NCBI GenBank assembly: GCA_951406725.2
Contig: OX597829.1
Location: 54,188,001-54,252,000 of the forward strand
Direction of reading: 5' to 3'
Length of the DNA stretch: 64,000 bases
Origin: Octopus vulgaris
Taxonomy: Eukaryota
Position 1 is the first letter of the stretch; each line of letters starts with the position of its first letter. The position numbers and the translations under genes are program-made. This document shows, piece by piece, positions 27,301 through 35,559 of this stretch. The notes beneath the pieces were generated by a model, which searched no databases, was not told the origin of the DNA, and was given only the letters and a program-made list of their open reading frames with translations.

Positions 27301-27467
27301 TTGGTACAAATGCTGATTCCAGTGAATTACTTAAAAATGGTGTAGCAGAGGACTTAGAATCAGGTAACGAAGTGAAAAAAGAAAAATCTGAAGATATAAC
27401 TGGACTTACAAATGGAAATCTAGATTGTTCACATTTGACAAAAGAAGTTCTGATAACAGAAGGATGA
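1427..27467 (+). CDS. CLUH: Clustered mitochondria protein homolog (clueless/CLUH), 3' part: 20 coding exons, 5' exons lie outside the window
   Basis: Manually spliced exons give a continuous ORF with CLUH hallmarks: [45 protein letters not shown], and TPR-region [42 protein letters not shown]. All introns are GT-AG with matching phases; 2189 coding nt. Confidence 0.97.
2537..2960 (+). mobile_element. Two adjacent piggyBac-like MITEs (TTAA/CCC-type family)
   Basis: Same family as 17192-17419, with TTAA-bounded termini. Confidence 0.7.
3024..3114 (+). CDS. CLUH: CLUH exon w2 ([30 protein letters not shown])
   Basis: ctcag acceptor, gtatct donor, phase consistent. Confidence 0.9.
3385..3663 (+). 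mobile_element. RTE LINE 3' tail with (GAT)n end, following a SINE head (3300-3385)
   Basis: ggcacgtaaaaagcacc subrepeats, aggaagggcatccagc, (gat)n tail. Confidence 0.8.
3851..3947 (+). CDS. CLUH: CLUH exon w3 ([32 protein letters not shown])
   Basis: ttctag acceptor, gtaagt donor; poorly conserved linker, but the phase fits. Confidence 0.85.
4375..4709 (-). mobile_element. Mariner 5' fragment, same family as 39266-40549
   Basis: Near-identical to 40215-40549, including the TIR ttatttgtgggatgacc. Confidence 0.85.
5909..5974 (+). CDS. CLUH: CLUH exon w4 ([21 protein letters not shown])
   Basis: ttttag acceptor, gtatgg donor. Confidence 0.92.
6094..6320 (-). mobile_element. piggyBac-like MITE, reverse orientation (a split copy also lies at ~5000-5470)
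   Basis: Reverse complement of the 17192-17419 family. Confidence 0.7.
6611..6994 (-). mobile_element. Non-autonomous Helitron
   Basis: On the minus strand: 5' TC, subterminal GC hairpin (cctgagcaacgccggg), 3' CTAG, inserted between A and T without a TSD. Confidence 0.85.
7033..7094 (+). CDS. CLUH: CLUH exon w5 ([21 protein letters not shown])
   Basis: ttctag acceptor, gtaagt donor; FNPDVF motif. Confidence 0.95.
7549..8633 (-). mobile_element. RTE LINE 3' fragment
   Basis: [32 protein letters not shown], 3' UTR subrepeats and (GAT)n tail. Confidence 0.9.
8705..8782 (+). CDS. CLUH: CLUH exon w6 ([26 protein letters not shown])
   Basis: tgtag acceptor, gtgagt donor. Confidence 0.95.
8830..9080 (-). 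mobile_element. tRNA-derived SINE (family A)
   Basis: Reverse complement of the 23573-23981 family. Confidence 0.8.
9240..9307 (-). ncRNA. Degenerate type I hammerhead ribozyme motif
   Basis: atag-CCAATGA-gaatgc...gcattc-GAAA-ctc c gag-TA-ctat: all three stems pair; two substitutions in the core. Confidence 0.6.
10040..11012 (-). mobile_element. Degraded Tc1/mariner-superfamily transposon (DD37D/maT-like)
   Basis: Fragments [44 protein letters not shown]; terminus near 11012; subfamily assignment tentative. Confidence 0.7.
11039..11253. mobile_element. Mariner-derived MITE
   Basis: Imperfect TIRs aggggatgctgagaagt / tttttcagcaccacctcg with TA flanks. Confidence 0.65.
11311..11381 (+). CDS. 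CLUH: CLUH exon w7 ([24 protein letters not shown])
   Basis: tttcag acceptor, gtatgt donor. Confidence 0.95.
11929..12001 (+). CDS. CLUH: CLUH exon w8 ([24 protein letters not shown])
   Basis: ttacag acceptor, gtgagt donor; GINxRYLG motif. Confidence 0.96.
12571..12732 (+). CDS. CLUH: CLUH exon w9 ([22 protein letters not shown]...[10 protein letters not shown]...AIED)
   Basis: ttacag acceptor, gtgagt donor. Confidence 0.96.
13217..13470 (+). mobile_element. tRNA-derived SINE (family C, CORE-like centre)
   Basis: A box tagcctagtgg, B box ggttcaattcc, then gtgttcttgagcaaaacacttc; related copies at ~19960 and ~32250-32500 (-). Confidence 0.65.
13729..13792 (+). CDS. CLUH: CLUH exon w10 ([21 protein letters not shown])
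   Basis: atttag acceptor, gtatgc donor; basic KKNKRK stretch as in CLUH. Confidence 0.93.
14675..15123 (-). mobile_element. Two tandem tRNA-derived SINEs (family B)
   Basis: Reverse complement of 44347-44570 (gtcgactttgcctttcatcc core). Confidence 0.8.
15210..15300 (+). CDS. CLUH: CLUH exon w11 ([30 protein letters not shown])
   Basis: ctccag acceptor, gtatgg donor. Confidence 0.95.
15840..16065 (+). mobile_element. piggyBac-like MITE
   Basis: ttaacccttt...aaagggattaa termini. Confidence 0.75.
16691..16877 (+). CDS. CLUH: CLUH exon w12 ([34 protein letters not shown]...HPK)
   Basis: ttctag acceptor, gttcgg donor. Confidence 0.95.
17192..17419 (+). mobile_element. piggyBac-like MITE (best-preserved copy)
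   Basis: TTAA-CCCTTTAGT ... ACTAAAGGG-TTAA. Confidence 0.85.
18092..18270. repeat. AT-rich foldback palindrome
   Basis: ataggaaaaatagaagttgaaaatgcactga / tcagtgcattttcaacttctatttttcctat, plus inner arms agtttcacagttt / aaactgtgaaact. Confidence 0.85.
18462..19125 (+). mobile_element. tRNA-derived SINE (family A) with expanded internal spacer
   Basis: Head gtggctgtgtagtaagaag, microsatellite, 3' half ending cagcatggccacagtc...actgaaacaag. Confidence 0.75.
19344..19535 (+). CDS. CLUH: CLUH exon w13 ([18 protein letters not shown]...[38 protein letters not shown])
   Basis: ttttag acceptor, gttagt donor; TPR region. Confidence 0.97.
20977..21057 (+). CDS. CLUH: CLUH exon w14 ([27 protein letters not shown])
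   Basis: ttaaag acceptor, gtgagt donor. Confidence 0.96.
22344..22469 (+). CDS. CLUH: CLUH exon w15 ([42 protein letters not shown])
   Basis: attcag acceptor, gtaagt donor. Confidence 0.97.
22496..22973 (+). mobile_element. Three tandem piggyBac-like MITEs separated by identical 23-bp spacers
   Basis: TTAA-CCCT...AAAG(G/A)G-TTAA units; spacer gaattgtttctctattatatatt at 22581-22603 and 22827-22849. Confidence 0.85.
23385..23470 (+). CDS. CLUH: CLUH exon w16 ([29 protein letters not shown])
   Basis: ttacag acceptor, gtaagt donor. Confidence 0.96.
23573..23981 (+). mobile_element. tRNA-derived SINE (family A), full bipartite copy
   Basis: A box tggctgtgtgg, B box ggttcagtcc, internal (TG)n/(TA)n, 3' half ending tgactgaaacaaataaaag. 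Confidence 0.85.
24678..24807 (+). CDS. CLUH: CLUH exon w17 ([43 protein letters not shown])
   Basis: atttag acceptor, gtaagt donor. Confidence 0.96.
25097..25231 (+). CDS. CLUH: CLUH exon w18 ([45 protein letters not shown])
   Basis: ttaaag acceptor, gtgagt donor. Confidence 0.96.
25337..25694. mobile_element. Oppositely oriented pair of piggyBac-like MITE fragments
   Basis: 25337-25487 (+) and ~25570-25694 (-) both match the 17192 family. Confidence 0.65.
25805..25878 (+). CDS. CLUH: CLUH exon w19 ([25 protein letters not shown])
   Basis: ttgcag acceptor, gtaaga donor; LNxINGI motif. Confidence 0.95.
26203..26605 (-). mobile_element. tRNA-derived SINE (family A), full copy with CpGs retained
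   Basis: Reverse complement of 23573-23981. Confidence 0.88.
27251..27467 (+). CDS. CLUH: CLUH terminal coding exon w20 ([16 protein letters not shown]...LITEG*)
   Basis: aatcag acceptor, TGA at 27465-27467; overlaps ORF-track 27204..27467. Confidence 0.92.
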
Positions 27468-28339
27468 TGCAACTTAAAATATTTCACAATTATTTAATTG
27501 TTCTAATCAACCCATGAACTGAAATCTAAATCTTGTCTCTAATTCATGGTTTAATTTAGTTTTTTATTGGTTTTCTTTAGATTTTGGAATGTGTTAAAAA
27601 AATTTTTAAACACCTGTTTAACATTAAGAAACATTGAGATATTGATTTCTAATTATGTTCAAAAATTATTATTTATTGATGAAAGGGCAAAGATTTTTTT
27701 TTAAAAAGCCAATGATTCCAAAGTGAAATCGAAAATATATTTTCAATTTTGTATATTTTGTGAAAAAGAAAATTCTGTTTTTGTATGTTATTAAATTTTA
27801 TATTATTGCATTTTTAATTATTTGAATACCTGTTTGCATGCAAATATTTTTTAATGAGGAATGTTTGTTAAAATTAATTGATTAATTAATTTGTTTTATC
27901 ATTGTAAGCATAGGTATGGCTGTGTGCTTAAGAAGCTTGCTTCCCTACCATGCAGTTATGGGTTCAGTTCCACTGTGTGACACCTTGGGCTAGTGTCTCC
28001 TGCTATAACCTCAGGCCAACCGAAGCTTTGGTAGATGGAAACTGAGAGAAACCCTTCATGCATAAGTGTGCATGTATGTTTGTGTTTCCTTGTCTTGACC
28101 CCATGTTATGGTTATAAATGAGCATCACTATCATTCAAGCAATGTTGATTGTTTCTGGTCTTCCATGTCTGGCCAAATGAAATATTACCTTATTTGGAAA
28201 CAGGTAATGGTTGGTGACAAGAAGTGCCAAAATCTGCTTCAATGAATTCTTTCTGACCTATGCAAGCATGGGAGAAATGGACATCCAAATGATAATAATG
28301 ATGACTATCATCATTATCATCACCATAATCATTCTTACG

Positions 28340-30070
28340 TCTGCTTTTCTATGCTGGCATGAGTTGCACAACTGGTTTCCAACACAGCATCTTGCTAGTT
28401 GTTGTGTTTCCCTTGTCATCTCTTTTAGAGGTGCAGCTCTGAGATTAGTTTTCACTACGTTTGCTCAGGTCTTCCTTTCTCTTCCTCTTCCACAGTTTTC
28501 TTCCACTTTGATATTCCGGCACTTCTTTATCCATCTGTTATTTTCCATATTCTTTATGTACCTGTACCAACATATTCTTTGTTTTTACTGCAACTAGTAC
28601 CTCTTATACTTTATCTCTCAGCCCATCTCTTACAATGTTGTTCATGAAACACTAACACCACACATCCTTCAGACCACGAGTGCTTTATTTCTCTCAAAGC
28701 TTTACACATCTTTTTCTGGTCGCTGCCCACATCTCCCTGCTCTGCATCTTTGCATCTAGTACACAAGCAATTTACAATCTGTTATTTGGAGAAGAGAGAA
28801 TCCCTTCATTGCCAGCAGAAGTAACAGCTCCCCAAGCACCCTCTTCCACAGTCTATTAGGTTGCCTAGGTAACAGAAGCAATCAATTTATTTCTATAGAA
28901 TCTTGCAAACATTAAAAAGCAGTTAGTTTAGTTGTATTACAACTGCTAACTTGTTTTACATCTTTCACACACAGTCCTGTGATTCCAATACCCAGCAATT
29001 TTTGCAGTCAATTCTCTGATAGCAATAAACCTGCCTTCTTTTCTACTTTCTAAAACTTTGACTTTTGCCAAGTTTGCTGTGAGGCCTTTTAATTCTAGGT
29101 TTTGCTTTCACATCTGAAATTTCTTTCACAAGTCTTTCACAGACCCTCTTTTGAGGTTTGTAGGAGTTTCCATGGACAGCCTTATTTTGAACACCTGTCT
29201 TTGCTTGAGGAATCATAATAAATAGGAGTGATATAACAACTGAGCTTTGCCAAACACCTACTTGCACATCAAATTCTTCATTGCCAACTCTCACTTTGCT
29301 GATGATATTGCTCTACATGACTTGTACTGTTCTCATTTTTGCCTAATATATAGTTGTCCCACAATGAAGAGAATATCACTAGTATTATGGCTCAGCACAA
29401 ATCCAAACCACATCTCGTCAAAGCTGATTCTCTTCCTGATTAATTGTGCCAATATTCTTTCCATTTCTCCTCTCTCTCTGTCACTCCTTTGTGTTCCCTC
29501 TTTTACGGTACGTCGCCAATCTCCACAGTTGCTGGCAAGTGCTTCCCAGTTGCTAATATTGATGTTGCAGGCCTTCATGTCCCTTTTGCAAACACCCAGC
29601 CACAGCAGGAGATGTATTAGGACATGAAATGTAAAAGCCGGACTAGATTATTTTTTGCGCAACTCCATTATCTCCCGAGACAAAAAGGATGCCAACAACA
29701 ACAATTCTTTCCATTACTTTAATTACCTGCTAATTACTTTAATTACCTGCTAATCATAGTAAAGTCGTAAAGCCTCAGTAGTTGTTCTTTCTAAAGCATC
29801 TCCTTTGCCATGGAGCTGTTGGTGATTATACTGCTACTACACCAGTCTCTGGGGGTATGGCTCGTCCTAGAATTACCTGGTTTATTATGTGACCAGCTTG
29901 AGTGCTACTTCAGATGTCACAACCATTTCTTGTCTTCATATCTTTAATGACCGACCGTTTAACCTTATAGCTGTCCCCTTTGATAACTGCTCCCTCTGTT
30001 GGCTATATTTCAGGGAGTTCCTCCTCCTCCTCCTCCTCTCACACATTTTTCAACATATACTAGCCTCTCC
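28340..30070 (-). mobile_element. Heavily degraded RTE LINE with a nested second RTE 3' fragment (~29440-29650)
   Basis: RVGNEEFDVQVGVWQSSV; MKACNINISNWEALASNCGDWRRTVKEG. Confidence 0.7.
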
Positions 30071-33000
30071 TTAAAATATTTTGAATACACTTTTCAGTCT
30101 GTGTGAATATGGTGTTTGTTTCGTAACCACATGGTTCTCTGTGATCTGTGTAGCACCTTCAGTAATAGCCACAGGTTTATCATTGCCATGTGACTGGAAC
30201 TGGTAGACAGAAACTGTAAAGAAGCCCATCGTGTGAATATGTGTGAATGCTTCATGGTGTCTTTGCGTGATTCTATTTGAGTAAAAGTGGTTGCATTACG
30301 TTAGCATTTCCTGTTAACAAATCATTGTATAGCTCTTTGCTTTTGAAGGTAAACAGAGTGGGTGTGGAAGGGTGGAAAGACCCCTATTTGACAAACAGGG
30401 TTAGAGTTAATAGTAGAAAAGTCAGTTGAGTCAAAAATATGTCTCAGTAAATACTCATCCAACCCATGTTAGCATGGAAAAATGGATGTAAAACAAACAC
30501 TGTCTATGTCTACATAGGTATTTTAAATACATTTTACACATATCATTCATACCCTGTAATATTTCAAAGCAAAAAAAAAAAAAACAGAAAAGGAAGGAGG
30601 ATCTTAAGTGAAAGAAAACTAAATTTTAAGAATCTATCCTCATTAAGAAAAATCTTTGTAGACGGACTGGTATTCAAAAAGTAAAAATTTAATAACCTGC
30701 AGAAAAATTTAAGATTTACTGGCAAAAGTATCCGTCTGGCTCATTTATGTTTCTTTGTTGTTTTTTGTTTTTTTTTTTCAATTATTTTTTCATTATTTGA
30801 TTGAACAAAAATTAGTATTTTATTTATAATACAACAATTTTCATTTTGTTTTGATTTAGACAATTAAAATTAAAATACTTGAACGCAGATATTAGAAACA
30901 AGTATTTTTACAATGTTCTTCTTAATTACAACATGTGTTAAAAATTGAAGAGGTACTTATTTCGAGGGAAAGGAAAGGGCTCACCAAAATGCATAAGGCA
31001 TTGTTTATTACTGTTTATAAAATAATTGGAACCCACTTCTTAGAAATCAATTATCATCATCATCCTCATCTTTACCATTTCAATCAGTGAATCTCTTTTC
31101 CATTGGTTGGATGGTCTATTTTTTGTACCAAGACAACAATAGCAGTTGGAGAAGGTAAATATATGTCTAGATATTCTTAACAACAACAACAACAACATAA
31201 ACTGAATTGTTTTGTTTATGGTTACCAAATAAAAATTAATGCCTCAGAAGAGAACAAATTTTACTGAGTTTTTTTTTTTCATATCTATAAATTATAGTTG
31301 TACATAGTGAGATATCTTCAAAATACAATATTTTGGTTGAGAATCTAACAGAAAAAAAAGGTAATTCAATAATATGTGGTAAAAAAAAAAAAACTATAAA
31401 GAATGGGTGCTTGATTCCTTCACAGTTCATTTGCTTGTATGTCTAAGATTGACCAATTTTGCAGTCCTTGGTTTAAGACCACACATAAACAAATTAATAT
31501 TGGGTGGGTTATTTTACAAGAAACATTTGTTGGTAGATTAAAATTAGTTGACCAAAAACAAGTTAATTAACATCTTCACAAAATTACATTTGTTAACTTT
31601 GTCATTTAACTATTATTAAAAAGTTTGTTTTATATTTTGTTTTTCATGGGACTTAGTTATAGTTGTTAAAAATTAGGCTCTTAGACTCTAGATGAATTTG
31701 CTGTGTGAATGCCACTATTCCAAAATTTAAATCTTGGTTTAAATTTTAGAGGAATAAATTATTATCATTGAAATCTTGTTTTGAAAAATTGTTTCATGTA
31801 GTTTTTCACATTAAACAACTTCTGTTTCTTGTGAAGCATAACTTCTCCTACCCTTTTTTTAAAAAAATTATTTTCCCCTCATTTTGTTTTGTTAACTTTT
31901 GGCAGCATTACAAAGTCTCAAAGTTGATACCATTGGTTTGTATGGGACAGTATTGAAACAGATATTTACAAATCCAAATCTAGCACCTCTCAGGTAACAG
32001 TTCTGATTCTCAAAAGTATTCAGGCCGATATTTTCAATATTTCAAAGCTAAAAGGAAACTACAGAACCATCTGCTCCTGATATTAGTGCTGTATTAAAAA
32101 GGAATTGGTTTTTCTTTGAGTGTATAATTTGTGGTGTGATACCATTTGAAAAAAGTTAGTGTGAAGATTGCATGGGCAGTGATCAGTCTTTATATTTGTT
32201 CCTTGATTTACATATCTTGAAAAAATTATCATGGCATATTTGATTAATGGTTAGTCCACATTACTTCATAAGGAGCATAGGATTAATTTCCTCGTTTCTC
32301 TGGCATATATATATATATATTCCTCTCTGGACAGGATGCTGGCCTGTTGCAGGATTATTTATTTTTACCAGCCAAGTGCATTGGAGCAGTGTGAAAAGGA
32401 GTGTTTTAATCAAAAATACAACTCCCTGCTTGATCCAGGAATCGAAACCACAATCTTACAATCAGGAGTCCAATATCCTAACTATGAAGCCATGTGCCTC
32501 CACCATATTTGATTAATACCAATATTTAAAACAATATCGATAGAATTAAGAAACCTGGAGTCATATTTATCTTTAGTAACTTTGGATTTAAGGGATTAGC
32601 TGGATAGTTTTGAAATTTTGTGAAGGTTCATCACAGCAGATCTGTAATGTAAATTGATATAAAACGAAATGCAAGTTTATTCAGTTTTTGTAGCTTGAAT
32701 CTAGATTTGAAAACGCTTTTGCTGATTTGTTTGGTTCTTTTTTTTTTTTTTTTTTTATCCTTCAAATTTGAGTTGTGAAAGAATGTTAATACCAAACATT
32801 ATTCGAGGTAAAAAAAAAAAAAGGAAAAAAAAACTTTGTGTTATTGTTATAGATACGTCTTTTGTTATGTTGTTTCCAGCTGTTTAAAGCAAGAAATTAA
32901 AAAGCAAAACCATTATTAGTGTGGCAATGTATGGTAGATCATGAAGAAACGAATTTATGTTCATTACAAAAATCAACAATTTCTGGAAGTCTAATCACTG

Positions 33001-33354
33001 AAATAAAGCAATATATTATGAGTTTATCTGTATTTTTTTTTTTTTTTTATTAATTCCATCAAAGACATCTTCAGTATTTGCTTGCATTTTTATTGTACGA
33101 AATGAAAATATTTAATGATTATTTAATTATGTTTTAAAGAATTACTATTAAAAATTTTACAGCTATTTAATCTAGATTTTTTTTTTTTTCTTGCTTGCTA
33201 TTCGATCAGTATTTTATACTAATAATGTTATATAAAATGTTAAAAATTGACATATTATAATCTTCATAAAATAAAAGAATTGCGGAAACATTAAAATTTT
33301 CTCTTGCATTCTTAAATCGTCTTACATATCTTCATTTTTGATTACAGTAATATT

Positions 33355-33852
33355 GATTTCAAATTTTGGCACAAGGCCAGCAATTTCATGGGGAGGGATA
33401 AATAAATTACATCAAACCCAATACTCAACTGCTATTTATTTTATTGATCCTAAAAGGATGAAAAGCAAAGTCAAACTCGGCGGAATTTGAATTCAAAACA
33501 TAAAGACAGACAAAATGCTTGCTAAGTATTTTTGCCCGGTGTGCTCATGTTTCTACCAACTTGCCACCATTTTTTTGGTTACAGTAGCATTACCTTGATA
33601 TTGCATGCCATGGAAGTATAACGGAATGGTATATTCTTTTCTACTCTAGGCACAAGGGCCGAAATTTTTTGGTTGGGGTTGGGGTCAGTAGATTAGACTG
33701 ACCCCAGTATACAACTAGTACTTAATTTATCGACCCTGAAAGGATGATAAGCAAAGTCAACCTCGGCAGAATTTGAACTCAGAACATAGACAGATGATAT
33801 ACCGCTAAGCATTTCACCCAGCGTGCTAATGTTTCTGCCAGCCCACCGCCTT
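33355..33852 (-). mobile_element. Two tRNA-derived SINEs (family B)
   Basis: Reverse complement of the gtcgactttgcctttcatcc family. Confidence 0.8.
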
Positions 33853-34249
33853 GGAATGGTGTTCTTATTTAGAATGATGACTAACAACCTGTCGAAGAGG
33901 AGACTTGAGGAATGTGAGTTAGATTTAACAAAAGGAATTGAGAGCTTCATGTCATTTTAACATCTGCTCGTCTATGGATTGCTGCTGATATTGTTTCTAA
34001 ACTCAATATCTTGAGATCTGGTATCAGTGCTTCTCGTGTTTTCTTTCTAATCACTACTTTCTATTTCATCATTCAGGACTTTTTCATCCAGTACTGTCTA
34101 TTTGCGTCACATGTATGTGTATGTGGAAAGCTTCACACTCCACTTAACGTATAATTTTTTTCACACACTATATCTTTGTGTCAGTATATACTGTTCAGAT
34201 GCTGGCTGTCACTTATGCTTTCTGATATTAAGCCAAGGGCAACAATTTA

Positions 34250-34507
34250 TAACAAGCACTCAGAGAACGCAAACCTCTGCCAAGGCAACGAGGTGATTTT
34301 TAAAATGAGAATATCTGAAATAGACTTGACTGCCCTCACAAGCAAGAATACTAACAATGAACCCAACTGCTCTCAATAATTAATTAAAACAGGAAAAATA
34401 ATCTAGAATCCTTGTCTGGTACCAGATCGATCCCAAAGTCTAATCAGTTTGTGCCAGTCACAAGACCAAACATCCCTTAAAGTTTCATCTGAATCCTTCC
34501 AATGGTT
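34250..34507 (+). mobile_element. Truncated Helentron/HINE-like non-autonomous element
   Basis: aacaagcactcagagaacgcaaacctctgccaaggc start and tctaatcagttt...aagtttcatctgaatcc body, resembling such elements from memory. Confidence 0.45.
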
Positions 34508-35137
34508 CAATATCAGCTAAAAGTATTGGTAAACTGGGTTCATAGAATCCACTAATAACAGCATAATAGTTAGGACCAAATTTTGGTTCATCATCAATAT
34601 ATTTGTAGTCATAGATTTCTTCAGAACGTTTCTTTAGGTTTGTTCCTTCTTTGATGGTGCCTTCTTCAACTGGTTTAGCAACAGCCGTTTTCTTCCCAGC
34701 AGCCTTGGCCCCTTTACCAGTTTTAACCTTTTTGATGTCGACACTCTGCAAGGATGCTTTACGTTTTTCTACAAGTTTAGATTTGGCTATGTCATCAGCT
34801 TTTAATGACAACAACTTAAACTTGATGAGTTTGGCCAAAAGCTCACTAGGAATTGGTTCCTTGCTATCAAGAAAGGCTTTACATACCTCAACATATTGAG
34901 GAGCATTTTACTTCGACCTTTTGGATTGCCAAAAACGTTTACCTCCTTGTACAGACTTTGTTGTGTGATGATACCAAAACGTCTCCGAGATCCACTGCTG
35001 ATTGCTGAAGTCATTGACTTTGATGACATCCTCTGGTTTGTTCTCAACAATCAAGGCAATAAACACTTTCCAGCTAGGCTCATGCAGTTGTTCCCTAGCA
35101 AGACTTTATTCCCATTTCGCTGTAGCGTGTCCATTAA
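34508..35137 (-). pseudogene. SPAG17: Intronless disabled copy of the SPAG17 (PF6) N-terminus
   Basis: Three frames join to AKWE*SLAREQLHEPSWKVFIALIVENKPED / AISSGSRRRFGIITQQSLYKEV / NAPQYVEVCKAFLDSKEPIPSELLAKLIKFKLLSLK...NLKKRSEEIYDYKYIDDEPKFGPNYYAVISGFYEPSL, matching the recalled SPAG17 N-terminus (WEPSL, NAPLYYEV, KLLKFQLL, YIDDEP). Stop at 35106-35108 and two frameshifts. Confidence 0.85.
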
Positions 35138-35559
35138 CATACTTTCCATCATATTGGTGCTACTATTTGAAAATGGCTACACGCTACAATGGTTTAGTGG
35201 GTCTCTTGAAATCTGAGAGGAAGTTCCTGAAATTAATTCACAACCTCTAACTTCATTGTTGATTATCATTTCATTTATATTTACCACATCAATTCTAAGA
35301 CAACAGTATAGCTTTAGTTAAGCTATGCACCAAAAAAAAAAATCAATGGAAAACCAGAGTGTATTGATGAAAGATTTATTTAGTTAAACATATCAGGGCG
35401 AGAACCATTGGTCAACTCGTGCTTTGAAGAAGCCACCCCACCCCACTAACTTGAAGTTTACTTCACTGCAGACCAGCTCCCTAGCTAGCCATCAGTGAAG
35501 TTCCTGCCTACATTTATTCTGTCATAAGTCCTTGGGCAGTGCCCTGCGTATAACTTCCT

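Noticed and set aside
30590-30684. Alternative terminal CLUH exon (SKKKKNRKGRR...), phase-compatible
   Set aside because: Weak acceptor, poly-A-derived lysines, no homology support
34485-34838. 117-aa ORF as a functional gene
   Set aside because: Non-ATG start inside a disabled SPAG17 copy, and its C-terminus reads into repeat sequence
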